A DNA stretch of 63,949 nucleotides, filler included, from Octopus bimaculoides (Eukaryota), in assembly GCF_001194135.2 (NCBI RefSeq). It is 6 parts of 6 records of this genome, joined end to end, with 100 filler letters (N's around TTAATTAATTAA, not from the genome) between each part and the next. Parts side by side here need not be neighbours in the genome. Positions count along the whole stretch, not along the records: positions 12,901 to 31,569 come from NC_068998.1; positions 31,670 to 58,154 come from NC_068996.1; 4 more parts are not named here. One strand, given 5' to 3'. Below, one piece after another: positions 23,957-37,545 of the stretch; position 1 is the first letter of the stretch, and the number at the start of each line of letters is the position of its first letter. Under the pieces are notes generated by a model, which did not search any database, was not told the origin of the DNA, and saw only the letters and a list, made by a program, of their open reading frames with translations. A program made the translations under genes and the position numbers.

Positions 23957-26410
23957 CATACATACATATATATATGCGCACGCATACACATATAATTACA
24001 TACACAGACAGACACACACACGTATATATACATACATATCATTTCAAGGGAAAAAACAACAAAATAACAAACAAATATTATTTTGAATTCTCATTTGAAA
24101 CGGGGGAAACCACACAAGAATAATCTACTATAACATTATGACGTCAAGAACGAAACCTAATTTCAATATTGATATTCCGGCAGTTTACCATTCCGTCACC
24201 ACCCGGTCCCGCCCAACGCACCTGCACCCGTCTTTCTTTCTCAGCCCTAATATATCCTATATCTAACCTTAAAAAAACAATGCACTGAGCCCTTTGGTCA
24301 ATCCTTCCTCACTGCTGCGGTCCCACTGGAATACGCACCGTTACTCACAAGCGACAAATTGGCAGAATCCATAAAGTATGGAACAAAATGCGTTTATGGT
24401 ATTTACGTCTGACTCTCTGCCTCCAGCGTTCAATTCCCACCGGAGTCAGCTTTGTTTTTCAATCTCCTGGATTCTTAAATATATTTCATGATTGAATTTT
24501 GATTAATGGAGTCGTTTGACTGCGAGATGAAATTTCTTATGGCATTTACGTTTCTCTACCTCCGTTTCGAGTTCAGTTCTTGACGAAGTTATATTTACGA
24601 TTTGACCCCACTGGAGTAGATGAATAAGGTTGTAGTGTGTATTGGAATTTGCAGTACTTTATTTAAGCAGTTCCAGTGGCTTCTTACTTTGAAGTTTCCA
24701 TGAACTTTCCATGGCTTGGGCTCGCTTCCTCAGACAAGTCCTCTCCGCTAATATTTTAGGCCTTCTACCTATAGCAGAAGGCATTATGATTACTATCATT
24801 ATTATTGGCAGAATCGTTATAATGTTGAAACAAAAGCTTTGCTGAAACACTCGACTCTTCTCTAATGTCTCCATTGAGCCAAACAATCTTTTAAGTGTTC
24901 AACCAGAATATTACTACAGGGCAAAATATATTGTTGATAAGTAACAACCGAGAGAAGTAGAAATTAATACGAAGGTAATTGTGGTTGACCTAGGGCACCT
25001 CAACAACAACAACAACAACAACCCCAAAGTGACTGTCCTTTCAAAAAAGGCCTGTACATCTCGGAGACAGCTAGTCCCGTTTCATCGCCACTTACACTCA
25101 CATTCTTCTGCACTCGCATGTCTCAGGCTGGAGGGCTTTTGAGCATAGGACTACTGGATCAGAGGGGCCAGGCTGCTGAGCAGCAATGATATCAAGATGT
25201 TCTTCTTTTCTTTATTTGGTAATCGTTGCCGTTGCTTTGTTGTTGCTGCCGTTTGTGTTTGTTGTTGTGGATGTTGTTGATGTGGTGGTTGTTGTTCTTT
25301 ATCTTTTCCTGGTCCTCGCCATCCTCCCCTCTTCCTCTTCTCTGTACTCCAAATCGCCGTTCATCTCGTCCTCCTCATTTTCTTCTTCTTCTTCTTCTTC
25401 TTCTTCTTCTTCTTCTTCTTCTTCTTCTTCTTCTTCTTCTTCTTCTTCTTCTTCTTCTNNNNNNNNNNNNNNNNNNNNNNNNNNNNNNNNNNNNNNNNNN
25501 NNNNNNNNNNNNNNNNNNNNNNNNNNNNNNNNNNNNNNNNNNNNNNNNNNNNNNNNNNNNNNNNNNNNNNNNNNNNNNNNNNNNNNNNNNNNNNNNNNNN
25601 NNNNNNNNNNNNNNNNNNNNNNNNNNNNNNNNNNNNNNNNNNNNNNNNNNNNNNNNNNNNNNNNNNNNNNNNNNNNNNNNNNNNNNNNNNNNNNNNNNNN
25701 NNNNNNNNNNNNNNNNNNNNNNNNNNNNNNNNNNNNNNNNNNNNNNNNNNNNNNNNNNNNNNNNNNNNNNNNNNNNNNNNNNNNNNNNNNNNNNNNNNNN
25801 NNNNNNNNNNNNNNNNNNNNNNNNNNNNNNNNNNNNNNNNNNNNNNNNNNNNNNNNNNNNNNNNNNNNNNNNNNNNNNNNNNNNNNNNNNNNNNNNNNNN
25901 NNNNNNNNNNNNNNNNNNNNNNNNNNNNNNNNNNNNNNNNNNNNNNNNNNNNNNNNNNNNNNNNNNNNNNNNNNNNNNNNNNNNNNNNNNNNNNNNNNNN
26001 NNNNNNNNNNNNNNNNNNNNNNNNNNNNNNNNNNNNNNNNNNNNNNNNNNNNNNNNNNNNNNNNNNNATATGTGTGTATGTGTGTGTGTGTGTGTGTGTA
26101 TATACATCTATTTCTCCCTTCTATCTTTCTGTCTGTTCGTTTGTTTCCCCCCCTTTTCATTGCCTCTTTTTATATATTAGTATGTATATGCGCATATACA
26201 TCTTTATGTATACAAAAGGAGGGAGAGAGAGAGAGAGAGAGAGAGAGCGGCACCGCTACACACACGCTCACACACACATACACACACACACACACACTCG
26301 CTTACACTTATAAATACATTCATACGCATATTGTACGTATAAGTGTGGACGCACGCACGCCATGTCTAAGTACGAGTGTATGAGCGAATATTTGTCTGCA
26401 TGTGTTTGAG

Positions 26411-26462
<52 letters not shown>

Positions 26463-26841
26463 GAAACATATGGATGAACTTGAAATTTTCTCTGTTCTGA
26501 AAATACATGCGACGAAAGAAAGCTGAAGAAAGACCGGGTAACACCCTTATCTCAGTAAGAATGGTTTCCAAATGCACCACACCCTCGTATAAAAGAACCT
26601 CTCTCATTGTTACGGGGGCTCTTCCTCCACCCTGCCCCTCTTACACACACACAAACACACCCATACACAGACACACAAACACACAGACACACACAAGCTA
26701 CACGCAGACGCAGACGCACACGCACACTTAAACGCACACTTTTACTGTTGTAACAATCTCGTGCGACAATCAATCGAACAAGTTGCCGAAGAGAATGTAA
26801 GGAAAGTCGACTGGCTGGCTGGCTGGTTGGTCGGAGCCGAG

Positions 26842-26896
<55 letters not shown>

Positions 26897-27176
26897 GCAT
26901 ACTTGGGGTCCCAAGGCAAAGAAAGTTTGTTAATTCTTAATAATCAATTTTAAACTAGCTTCGATTCCAGTTCCTTGCGATCGATTTTAATCAAAAGACG
27001 GACTTGTAAGTCCTATTCACACCCCTACTTACACTCGACCCCATTGTCAGCAGCCAGCCATACACACGTCTGCTTAACGTCCATATTTAATGTAATATCT
27101 TCCGTTTTTGACATTTCTTACACATTTGTTGTTTATGTATTATTAACCGCTTCTTTCCCATGTTCAGTTGTCTGCT

Positions 27177-27202
27177 AATCATCATCATCATCATCATCAT
27201 CA

Positions 27203-27244
<42 letters not shown>

Positions 27245-27343
27245 TCATCATCATCATCATCATCATCATCACCACCATCGTCGTCACCATCGTCGTCACC
27301 ATCGTCGTCGTCGTCGTCGTCGTCGCCATCACTGTCATCATCA
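27177..27343. repeat. Compound trinucleotide microsatellite (CAT)n(CGT)n(CAT)n(CAC/CGT)
   Basis: Directly visible in the sequence. Confidence 0.95.
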
Positions 27344-28138
27344 CGAACCCTCGGACATTGCTGTCTCGAGTCCTACGACTTATAGGGTCGTTTAATCGAT
27401 GATTTTTTCATGGCGTATACAAGCGACCGAAATCACAGCAAACAATCATCTCAACTCTCCCACCAAACAACAGAAAGACATTCTGTATATTCATTTTGCA
27501 GCTGAGTGGACTGGTTGGAGCAACGTGAAAGGAAGTGTTTGTCCCAAGAACACAACGCACCGCGCGTTCCAGAAATCGAAACCACCACCTCTGTGATCGT
27601 GAGTGCAACGCCCTAACCACTTGACTGCTAGAACGGTGCATGATTTATGCTTTTGTCCCAAATGACTCTATCTACGAGCGTTTTGTTGTCGACTTAATTC
27701 AGGTTTACATGGATATGTTCCACTAATATTCCTTCTTGTGTTTAAAATGTCTGACTGAATTCTTTCATCGGTATTATTTTTCTCGGTTACACCAGGGCGG
27801 CAGTCTTCCCTGCGGATATCATTTCACATAGGTTTTTGCAAAAAGATGCAGGTCTCACAGGGAAAAAGAATACCTTAGTGACATTCTGGGAGTACGAAAC
27901 TGTATATATTTGTTACGTTATCCATAGAAACATGAATCATGGAATATTTTCTTTCGCTGTTACACCTTGGATTGTTGGTAGTTTTCTTAGATATTCTACT
28001 GCGGTACTTTTCTCGGTCCTGGATTACAAAGGCGTAGTCTTTCAAGAATCTGATTTAATGCAGACGTCACATAACAATTACACTTCTGGATGTTAGCATT
28101 GTCCCCTGGTTTCACACGCACACACGCTCTCCTCACAC

Positions 28139-28198
<60 letters not shown>

Positions 28199-28273
28199 NN
28201 NNNNNNNNNNNNNNNNNNNNNNNNNNNNNNNNNNNNNNNNNNNNNNNNNNNNNNNNTTATACATGTATGCATA

Positions 28274-28351
<78 letters not shown>

Positions 28352-28586
28352 TCTATCTGTGTGTGTGTGTATGTGTGTGTGTGTGTGGTGTGTGTGTGTT
28401 TGCGCGCGTGTGTATCAAATAAAATGAGACAACAAAGCGAAAGCTGTGTGGAATTTTCAGGACATTTATAAAGAGAAAGTTAGTTTATATGGTGCCCCAG
28501 CATGGCCACAGCTCATGAGCTGAAGCTAGATAAAAATNNNNNNNNNNNNNNNNNNNNNNNNNNNNNNNNNNNNNNNNNNNTATATA

Positions 28587-28644
<58 letters not shown>

Positions 28645-28664
28645 TGTATGTATGCATTCTTTTA

Positions 28665-28850
28665 CATGTTTTAGTATTTAGACTGCGGCCATGCTGGGGT
28701 AGCACCTTGAAGAATTCTTGTCGAACGTATCAGCACCAGTACTTATTCTTTTCAAGCTTGGTATTTATTCTATCGATCTCTTCTGCCGAACCGCTAATTT
28801 ACGGACACGTAAAGACACCCACACCAGTTGTCAAGGGATGGTGGAGGGGA

Positions 28851-28897
<47 letters not shown>

Positions 28898-29045
28898 TTA
28901 TATATATAGGACGGGCTTCTATACAGTTACCACCCACTGAATTCACAAAGCATTAATCGGTCAGGGGCGATAGTAGAGGACACTCACCGAATTGAACTCG
29001 AAGCCACGAGGTCGCGAAGCACACTTCTTAACCACACAATCATGC
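28665..29045 (-). mobile_element. SINE family B, near full length
   Basis: GACTGCGGCCATGCTGG..GCCGAACCGCTAA..(CA)n(TA)n..GACGGGCTTCT..CTTAACCACACAATCATGCC. Confidence 0.75.
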
Positions 29046-29580
29046 CACCGTCTTCAAATTATATAATGTTTATCATTTCGAATCAGTTAAGTACCAAAAA
29101 AAAGCAATCAAAAAGACATCATAAAAGACTCAATGCTGACCGAGAACGATGTCAAACGTCCATTTTCCTCCATATTTCTACTCTCACGTTGTCTTTATTG
29201 ATATCAGTGAAGTAGAAGTATTGGTGTCTCTCTAAGGGAGCTTTTAATGTACGTTGACATGTTATTGCTAATGACGTCAACATTTAGTCACCAATGGCCG
29301 TGAGATCTAACATTGGTAATGAAATGTCCGCTAGGTTAATGTCAGTTCTATTAACACGATATTGATAAGGCACGTGATATTCTACTGTATTAAGAAACAA
29401 TGGCAGCCATAAGTGGTTTTAATTCTGATCTAATAATTTTAAATTTGCTTCGCCATTTAGTCTGTGTTGAAATACTACTGCTTTTTATGAGAACTACGAA
29501 ACATTAAGCAATAAAATACAGATAAACATCTGTCTGTCTATCTATTTATCTGTCTATCTATCTGTCTGTCTGTCTATCTG

Positions 29581-29665
<85 letters not shown>

Positions 29666-30247
29666 ACATATCTATATACATATATTTATAAACGCACACT
29701 TGCTGACGATGATGTTGATGATTATGATAACGACGACGACAGGGCAACGATGCTGCTCCTGATCATTGTCATCGTCATCATTCTTTTCCACGTCATCGTC
29801 ATCGTCGTCATCATCATCATCATCATCATCACTTCACATTCGACTTTCTATGCTGGTCTATGTAGGATATGCTGCCCGTCGTCTCGTCTACACTCCTTGA
29901 AATCTGCGACACGGCTCACTCGACAAGATATCCTTGTCTTTTCCCGGCTCTGAATATACATTGGGGAAATTTATCACTGTTTCGTTTTCCATCAGTCTCT
30001 AACGACTATTGTTTAATTCAAGAAACATTCGCCACCTTCCCACCACAAAACAACATCTGACTCATACCTTTCGTTGTTAACTGATCAGACTTCAAATGTC
30101 TTGAGTTCACTACTTTGTCAGCAAATAATGTATTCATCTGACTCAACCGAGATAGCTAAAAATATCACCAATATCTCCAAATTCTTCAAGATGATGAAGT
30201 CTCATACAATCCAATCTTTGTACACGCTCAGCAATTAGGAGGAAGGG

Positions 30248-30425
30248 TAAGGCGGTGAGCTAGAAGAATCGTTTATCACGATTTATTTCGACGTCCCGAG
30301 TTCAAATTCCGTCGAGGTCTGCTTTGCATTTCATCGTTTTGGGGTCGATGAAATAAGTACCAGTTGAACATTGGAGACGATGTAATCGACTCACGTGACC
30401 CCCGAAATTGCTGGCGTTGTGCTAA
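30248..30425 (+). mobile_element. SINE family A
   Basis: GGCGGTGAGCTAGAAGAATCGTT..GAGTTCAAATTCCGTCGAGGTC..GGGGTCGATGAAATAAGTACCAGTTGA. Confidence 0.8.
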
Positions 30426-30516
30426 GAATGAGAATGAGAAAGTGTCTAAAAAGGATATAGACACTCTCACACAGGGACGGACAGAAAGTGAGAGAGAATG
30501 AGAAAGAGGAGAGAGA

Positions 30517-30554
<38 letters not shown>

Positions 30555-30757
30555 TATAGATAGATAGAGAGAGATAAATAGATAGATAGGTAGAGAGAGA
30601 GAGAGAGAGAGAGAGAGAGTGTGTGTGTGTGTGTGTGTATGTGTGTGTGTATTGATGTACAGGGCTACCTGTCAGGAGAGGGCCAACCAATATTGTACCG
30701 GACGATCAGTTAAAGCTAAGTGTTTGCAAGAGAACGGCCCACTCCATCTAGCTCATA

Positions 30758-30848
<91 letters not shown>

Positions 30849-31422
30849 TAAAAATCGCAAGTAGATTTAGAAACGTTTATCAGAAAGGATTTTTTTTTTT
30901 GGTTAGCAGTCAAGTCTTGAAAGGAAAGTTTTCTAGTTAAGATGACTTGTTCTTCTAGATAGGCATATTCTGTCTATGATAATAACAGTCATATTAGAGG
31001 AAATAGCAGCCATATCTTCCTCAAACCACACCCTACATTATTTAAAATGAAGAAAAATAAAAAAAGTAAAAGCAAAAAAAAACAAAAACAAAACAAGGAA
31101 GGACACGTTGAGTAATGTTGAATCAGTTATATAAGATGTGGGCACTGATCGCAGCTGGAACGGTTTTTCATCATGGGTCTGCACGATGAAGACTGACATG
31201 GGACCAAACCACCACCACCACCACCACCACCACAACAACAACAACAACAACAACAACAATAATAATAATAATAATAATAATAATGACGGAGGCATTTATA
31301 AGTGAAATGTTCCTCCAAAACAGTTCGTAATAAAGATATATAATACACGTTATGATTCGATGTTGGTAAACGTATTCGCGGGATTACAGGAGTGACTTTA
31401 AAGTTTGTGTATATAATATACA

Positions 31423-31456
<34 letters not shown>

Positions 31457-31669
31457 CATACATACATACATATATATTTATGGTTCAAACAGTTTGGTAA
31501 TATTTCCCTCACCCCTTTACTCAACCTACACTTAAATATGTTTAACTATAAAAAACATTTACATACATGNNNNNNNNNNNNNNNNNNNNNNNNNNNNNNN
31601 NNNNNNNNNNNNNTTAATTAATTAANNNNNNNNNNNNNNNNNNNNNNNNNNNNNNNNNNNNNNNNNNNN

Positions 31670-31707
<38 letters not shown>

Positions 31708-32574
31708 TGTATATATAATAATAACGTAGTATGATCGTTTCAGTGATTATTGTAAAATGCAATTTGTTAGTCTCTAGTAATCTTGCATAAAAATGACTTC
31801 TATAGAAAACTCAGATAACTCGATAATTGATCAATAGAATTTATTAATAAAATTATTGATCAATGCAACAAATACGCTTCGTCCCGTATCGATATTTGGC
31901 AGAAAATTCCGACCAGATGACACGTGCTATACATTTCGAAATCAACAGCTGTTGCTTCTAATGCAATAATTAAATCTGTAAATAAAAAGAATGGAAGAAG
32001 AAGAAGAGTACTAAAGTTGTTTCAAAAGCAGATAGGATGTATATTACTTAACGTTACGAATGTCCCGTAATTGCCCAGGTGTACTTTCTACTCAGGTATA
32101 TTCGATATTTTATTTGTAGATAATCGGTCACAAAGAATTCAAAATTGTGGCTAGCAATATGTGAGAGTAGAGAGTTGAATTGGTGAAATACGAAAAGTGT
32201 ACCTTAGCGAAATAAATAAGGTTGTGGTTTCATTTCACTCAAATTTCGTACTGACTATAGTATATTATAATCTAATTAGTATATATGGGACATCAATGAC
32301 GGGAAGCCAGCGCAGCGAAAACTGGGATGTATATTGCTTTCGAAGGATCAAAATGAGTAATAAAAACTCATATGGGGGAACCTAAAAAGAGAAAATAAAC
32401 AAAAACAAAAGGCGGCAGTTTCAAGTTGCTTGCACGTATACACCTATGAATTCATTATTTTACATACATATATTGATATACACAAACTTATTACCAGTTC
32501 AAATATGCAGTAGTATATTCCCTTATTGAGACTGTCAGCTTAAGTTGGCAGTATACAACTACTTTATATATACT

Positions 32575-32816
32575 CTTTTGCTTCTTTCAGTCATTTGACT
32601 GCGGCCATGCTGGAGCACCGCCTTTATTCGAGTAAATCGACCCCAGGACTTATTGTTTGGATGCCTAGTACTTATTCTATCGGGCTCTTTTGCCGAACCG
32701 CTATGTTACGGGGAGGTAAACACCAGCATCGGTTGTCAAGCGATGTTCGGGGGACAAACACAGACACACAAACACATACACACACATACATACATACATA
32801 CATATATATATATATA
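32575..32816 (-). mobile_element. SINE family B 3' half running into a microsatellite and gap
   Basis: TTTCAGTCATTTGACTGCGGCCATGCTGGAGCACCGCC..TTTTGCCGAACCGCTATGTTACGGGG..GGTTGTCAAGCGATG. Confidence 0.85.
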
Positions 32817-33172
32817 NNNNNNNNNNNNNNNNNNNNNNNNNNNNNNNNNNNNNNNNNNNNNNNNNNNNNNNNNNNNNNNNNNNNNNNNNNNNNNNNNNNN
32901 NNNNNNNNNNNNNNNNNNNNNNNNNNNNNNNNNNNNNNNNNNNNNNNNNNNNNNNNNNNNNNNNNNNNNNNNNNNNNNNNNNNNNNNNNNNNNNNNNNNN
33001 NNNNNNNNNNNNNNNNNNNNNNNNNNNNNNNNNNNNNNNNNNNNNNNNNNNNNNNNNNNNNNNNNNNNNNNNNNNNNNNNNNNNNNNNNNNNNNNNNNNA
33101 TATAAAGGGCATTACTACTATATGGATATATTTATGTGTGTGTGAGTATGAGAGAGCATGTGTGTGTGTGTA

Positions 33173-33213
<41 letters not shown>

Positions 33214-33314
33214 TTGTGCATGTATGTGAACTACAGCTCTAACATTCTGGCTAATATACAGAGTGTCACGAATACATAATATAGTTCTATATTTAAGAGA
33301 TGAGGAATTGTGTA

Positions 33315-33491
33315 CATTATTTACAATATTTGCATTATTTACATTCGAAGGAAATTTGTCCTCATCTTGAAATTTCCGCAAAACACCTGATGAAGGCTGG
33401 AGGGTATATCAGTCGAAACGTTGTGTTCACAACAATCAAGATGAAGACAAATATTCATCAAATGTAAATAATGTAAATATTGTAAATAATG
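33315..33491. repeat. 56-bp inverted repeat (33315-33370 / 33436-33491) enclosing a hammerhead; probable mini Penelope-type insertion
   Basis: The arms match at 50 of 56 positions by manual alignment. Confidence 0.85.
33382..33427 (+). ncRNA. Minimal type I hammerhead ribozyme (Penelope-type), core intact
   Basis: AACAC-CUGAUGA-A-GGCUG GAGGGUAUAU CAGUC-GAAA-CG-UU-GUGUU: 5-bp stem I, 5-bp stem II, ACGU palindrome as a dimer-forming stem III, predicted cleavage after GUU (33422). Confidence 0.82.
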
Positions 33492-34596
33492 CCGCGAAAA
33501 TGTCGTTTTCCGCCATTGAACGACTGACATATGACAAGTCTATATATGGAACTCTCACCGACCTTTTAACCTTTTGATTTCAACTAAAGTATGTAACACA
33601 CAGAATCATTTAAATTCTCGTAGAAGCTCCGACATTTTCACTAGTTGAAGAATTTTCTGCTAATTTTAGATGAAAACATGCAGCCATTCCTAGGAAAAAT
33701 ACTCTCATAGAGGCACTAGACTTTGTGTGTCCAGCCGTTTTTTAAAATCTAGTTTCGGAGAAATTCTACCCACCTTAGAAACATTAAACTAAAACAGCAG
33801 TAGCATTCTGTTGCTTCGGTTTTAAGCAAAAGAAATTTCGTTTGCTCTTTTCACAGCCAATGTCAATGAAAACCCACTCAATGGTTTCTCGAATTCCAGT
33901 AGAACAAAAAGTTCTCTTCAACTCAATGGAAGTCTATTCATCATCTTTCTGTAGGTACAATGTTATGTTACACTTCTTGTAAAGAAGGCTTAACGACGAC
34001 GTCATACCTTAGTGACTGTTTTATTCCGTTGCTAAAATCTATCAGTTTCTTATGCTGCTGGGAAACATAACCCTATGTTATGTTAATGTTTTTTCCACCA
34101 GATTGCATGACAGTTCCGCCTTTTTAAATTACCAAACATCTATTTACTAAACAATATATTTAGTTTATTACCCGAACTGTTATACTTTGAATAATACAGA
34201 CGGCTACGAACCGTAGACCTTATACATCTTTTTATATAAAAGAATAACAGAGAATTGTATTCTCTTTCTTCTTTCTCTCTTTTTCTAAGTTAAATAGCTC
34301 TCAACTTACATAATTTTCTTTTTACTTTAAACGCATTTTATTTTCAAAACTTATTACTTTAAACTTGTGAAAACACGTTTCCTTTACATTCAAGAATGGT
34401 TTATTCAAATTAAGTATTCATTGCCATTATACAACTGCATTTTGTGGACTATAAAATTTTCTGTAATAAGGCAAAGCTGTTTGCGAAACGTTATTTTTTT
34501 GCAGCTACATATTGTAGTTTGCATTTTGGGCAGTTTGCACAATACTAGTAGTCAGTCACACATATAGACTCATACACACACACATAAACATGCACG

Positions 34597-34675
<79 letters not shown>

Positions 34676-35337
34676 NNNNNNNNNNNNNNNNNNNNNNNNN
34701 NNNNNNNNNNNNNNNNNNNNNNNNNNNNNNNNNNNNNNNNNNNNNNNNNNNNNNNNNNNNNNNNNNNNNNNNNNNNNNNNNNNNNNNNNNNNNNNNNNNN
34801 NNNNNNNNNNNNNNNNNNNNNNNNNNNNNNNNNNNNNNNNNNNNNNNNNNNNNNNNNNNNNNNNNNNNNNNNNNNNNNNNNNNNNNNNNNNNNNNNNNNN
34901 NNNNNNNNNNNNNNNNNNNNNNNNNNNNNNNNNNNNNNNNNNNNNNNNNNNNNNNNNNNNNNNNNNNNNNNNNNNNNNNNNNNNNNNNNNNNNNNNNNNN
35001 NNNNNNNNNNNNNNNNNNNNNNNNNNNNNNNNNNNNNNNNNNNNNNNNNNNNNNNNNNNNNNNNNNNNNNNNNNNNNNNNNNNNNNNNNNNNNNNNNNNN
35101 NNNNNNNNNNNNNNNNNNNNNNNNNNNNNNNNNNNNNNNNNNNNNNNNNNNNNNNNNNNNNNNNNNNNNNNNNNNNNNNNNNNNNNNNNNNNNNNNNNNN
35201 NNNNNNNNNNNNNNNNNNNNNNNNNNNNNNNNNNNNNNNNNNNNNNNNNNNNNNNNNNNNNNNNNNNNNNNNNNNNNNNNNNNNNNNNNNNNNNNNNNNN
35301 NNNNNNNNNNNNNNNNNNNNNNNNNNNNNNNNNNNNA

Positions 35338-36509
35338 CCTACATTGACATTGAAGAGGAAGATGTAATAGCTGCCGTAAATGAAATGAGCTCAAATTCGG
35401 CAACTGGCCCCGATGGTTTCCCGGCTGTCCTCTTAAAGTCGTGTAAACAAGAATTAGCAGGACCACTCCGGATACTCTTCCAGAGTTTCCTTGCAAATGG
35501 TAAACTTCCCAAAAGGCTGAAGGAAGGCACCATATGTCCTATCCATAAAGGCGGAAGCAGAGCAGAGGCTGGGAACTACAGGCCCATCTCTCTGACTTCA
35601 CATATTAGCAAAGTCATGGAACGAATTGTCAGAAAAAGATTGATTGCGTTCCTAGAAGAAAATGACTTGCTGAATGAAACCCAGCATGGTTTCCGTCAAG
35701 GTAGAAGCTGCCTCACGCACTTCCTACAGCATTATGACTGGGTCCTGAAGCAGCTACTTGACTATTCAAACGTTGATGTGATATATCTCGAATTTGCAAA
35801 AGCCTTTGACAAAGTTGATCATGGCTTGATATGTCACAAGCTGCGAAACCTTGGCATAACTGGTAAATTAGGAGAATGGCTGCATGACTTCCTGAATGGT
35901 AGAAGTCAGACAGTTGCAGCCAATGGAGAACTATCTAGGGAAACGCAAATATTGAGCGGTGTTCCGCAAGTAATTGTCCTGGGGCCACAACTGTTCATAG
36001 TGGCCCTTCTGGACATGCCCACGGTCACTCGGAGAGCCACTGTCACTAGCTACGCTGATGACACAAAACTATCTCAGGCAATAAAGAATCCTGATGATAT
36101 TGTAAGCCTACAGAATGACCTAAATGCAATATATGAGTGGGCAGAGCAAAATAATATGCAGTTCAATGCGGACAAATTTCAAGTACTGCGCTACAAGGCC
36201 ACATGTACCTCCCAACTGGCATACACAGGACCTGGAGGTACTGCAATCCCAAAACCACAAGCAGTGAGAGACCTGGGCATCAACATGTGTAGTGATGCAT
36301 CATTTCACATGCACATTGTCAAGTTGACAGCAAAGTGCAGACAGCTGGCGGGGTGGATACTGAGGACATTCCGTACAAGGGATCAAAAAGTCATGTTAAC
36401 TCTATGGAAGACATTTGTCCTGAGCCGCCTAGACTATTGCTCTCAGTTGTGGTCACCACACAGTGTCAAACGGACAGCAGAACTCGAAGAAATTTAGCGG
36501 CACTATACA
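35338..36509 (+). mobile_element. Non-LTR retrotransposon RT domain (CR1/L2/Jockey group), ~385 open codons between gaps
   Basis: ATGPDGFP, IHKGGSR..NYRPISLTS..KVMERI, QHGFRQGRSC, YLEFAKAFDKVDH, GVPQ..LGP, YADDTK, VRDLGI, SRLDYCSQLWSPH; TAG at 36495-36497 where Gln would be expected. Confidence 0.95.
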
Positions 36510-37314
36510 NNNNNNNNNNNNNNNNNNNNNNNNNNNNNNNNNNNNNNNNNNNNNNNNNNNNNNNNNNNNNNNNNNNNNNNNNNNNNNNNNNNNNNNNNNN
36601 NNNNNNNNNNNNNNNNNNNNNNNNNNNNNNNNNNNNNNNNNNNNNNNNNNNNNNNNNNNNNNNNNNNNNNNNNNNNNNNNNNNNNNNNNNNNNNNNNNNN
36701 NNNNNNNNNNNNNNNNNNNNNNNNNNNNNNNNNNNNNNNNNNNNNNNNNNNNNNNNNNNNNNNNNNNNNNNNNNNNNNNNNNNNNNNNNNNNNNNNNNNN
36801 NNNNNNNNNNNNNNNNNNNNNNNNNNNNNNNNNNNNNNNNNNNNNNNNNNNNNNNNNNNNNNNNNNNNNNNNNNNNNNNNNNNNNNNNNNNNNNNNNNNN
36901 NNNNNNNNNNNNNNNNNNNNNNNNNNNNNNNNNNNNNNNNNNNNNNNNNNNNNNNNNNNNNNNNNNNNNNNNNNNNNNNNNNNNNNNNNNNNNNNNNNNN
37001 NNNNNNNNNNNNNNNNNNNNNNNNNNNNNNNNNNNNNNNNNNNNNNNNNNNNNNNNNNNNNNNNNNNNNNNNNNNNNNNNNNNNNNNNNNNNNNNNNNNN
37101 NNNNNNNNNNNNNNNNNNNNNNNNNNNNNNNNNNNNNNNNNNNNNNNNNNNNNNNNNNNNNNNNNNNNNNNNNNNNNNNNNNNNNNNNNNNNNNNNNNNN
37201 NNNNNNNNNNNNNNNNNNNNNNNNNNNNNNNNNNNNNNNNNNNNNNNNNNNNNNNNNNNNNNNNNNNNNNNNNNNNNNNNNNNNNNNNNNNNNNNNTATA
37301 TATATATATATATA

Positions 37315-37545
37315 TGTACGTTTGTGTGCATGTTTGTGTTTCTGTGTTTCCCGCCCCCCCCCCAACATCGCTTGACAACCGATGTTGGTATGTTTACGTC
37401 CCCGTAAATTAGCGGTTCGGCAAAAAGAGCCGATAGAATGAATACTAAACTACAAAGAATAAGTCCTGGGGTCGATTTGTTCCACTAAAAGCAGTGCTCC
37501 AGCATGACCGCAGTCAAACGATTGAAACAAGTAAAATAATAAAAG
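37315..37545 (+). mobile_element. SINE family B 3' half
   Basis: CAACATCGCTTGACAACCGATGTTGG..AGCGGTTCGGCAAAAGAG..AAGTCCTGGGGTCGATTTG..GAAACAAGTAAAA. Confidence 0.85.

Noticed and set aside
26785-26815. CCGAAGA..GAAAGUCGACU palindrome resembling a hammerhead
   Set aside because: No stem II pairing, and the cleavage position would be G.
27087-27402. ORFs rich in poly-His/Arg, poly-Met/Thr or poly-Val/Ile
   Set aside because: Pure translation of a compound CAT/CGT microsatellite; no splice or domain evidence.
27900-28060. Minus-strand peptide LKDYAFV resembling an RRM RNP1 motif
   Set aside because: Isolated short match preceded by a stop, with a weak acceptor and no other RRM features.
34461-34492. 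GCAAA-GCUG-UUUGC stem followed by GAAACGUU (hammerhead-like 3' half)
   Set aside because: The upstream core reads CUGUAAUAAG and stem I cannot be formed. It may be a fossil, but it is not supportable.
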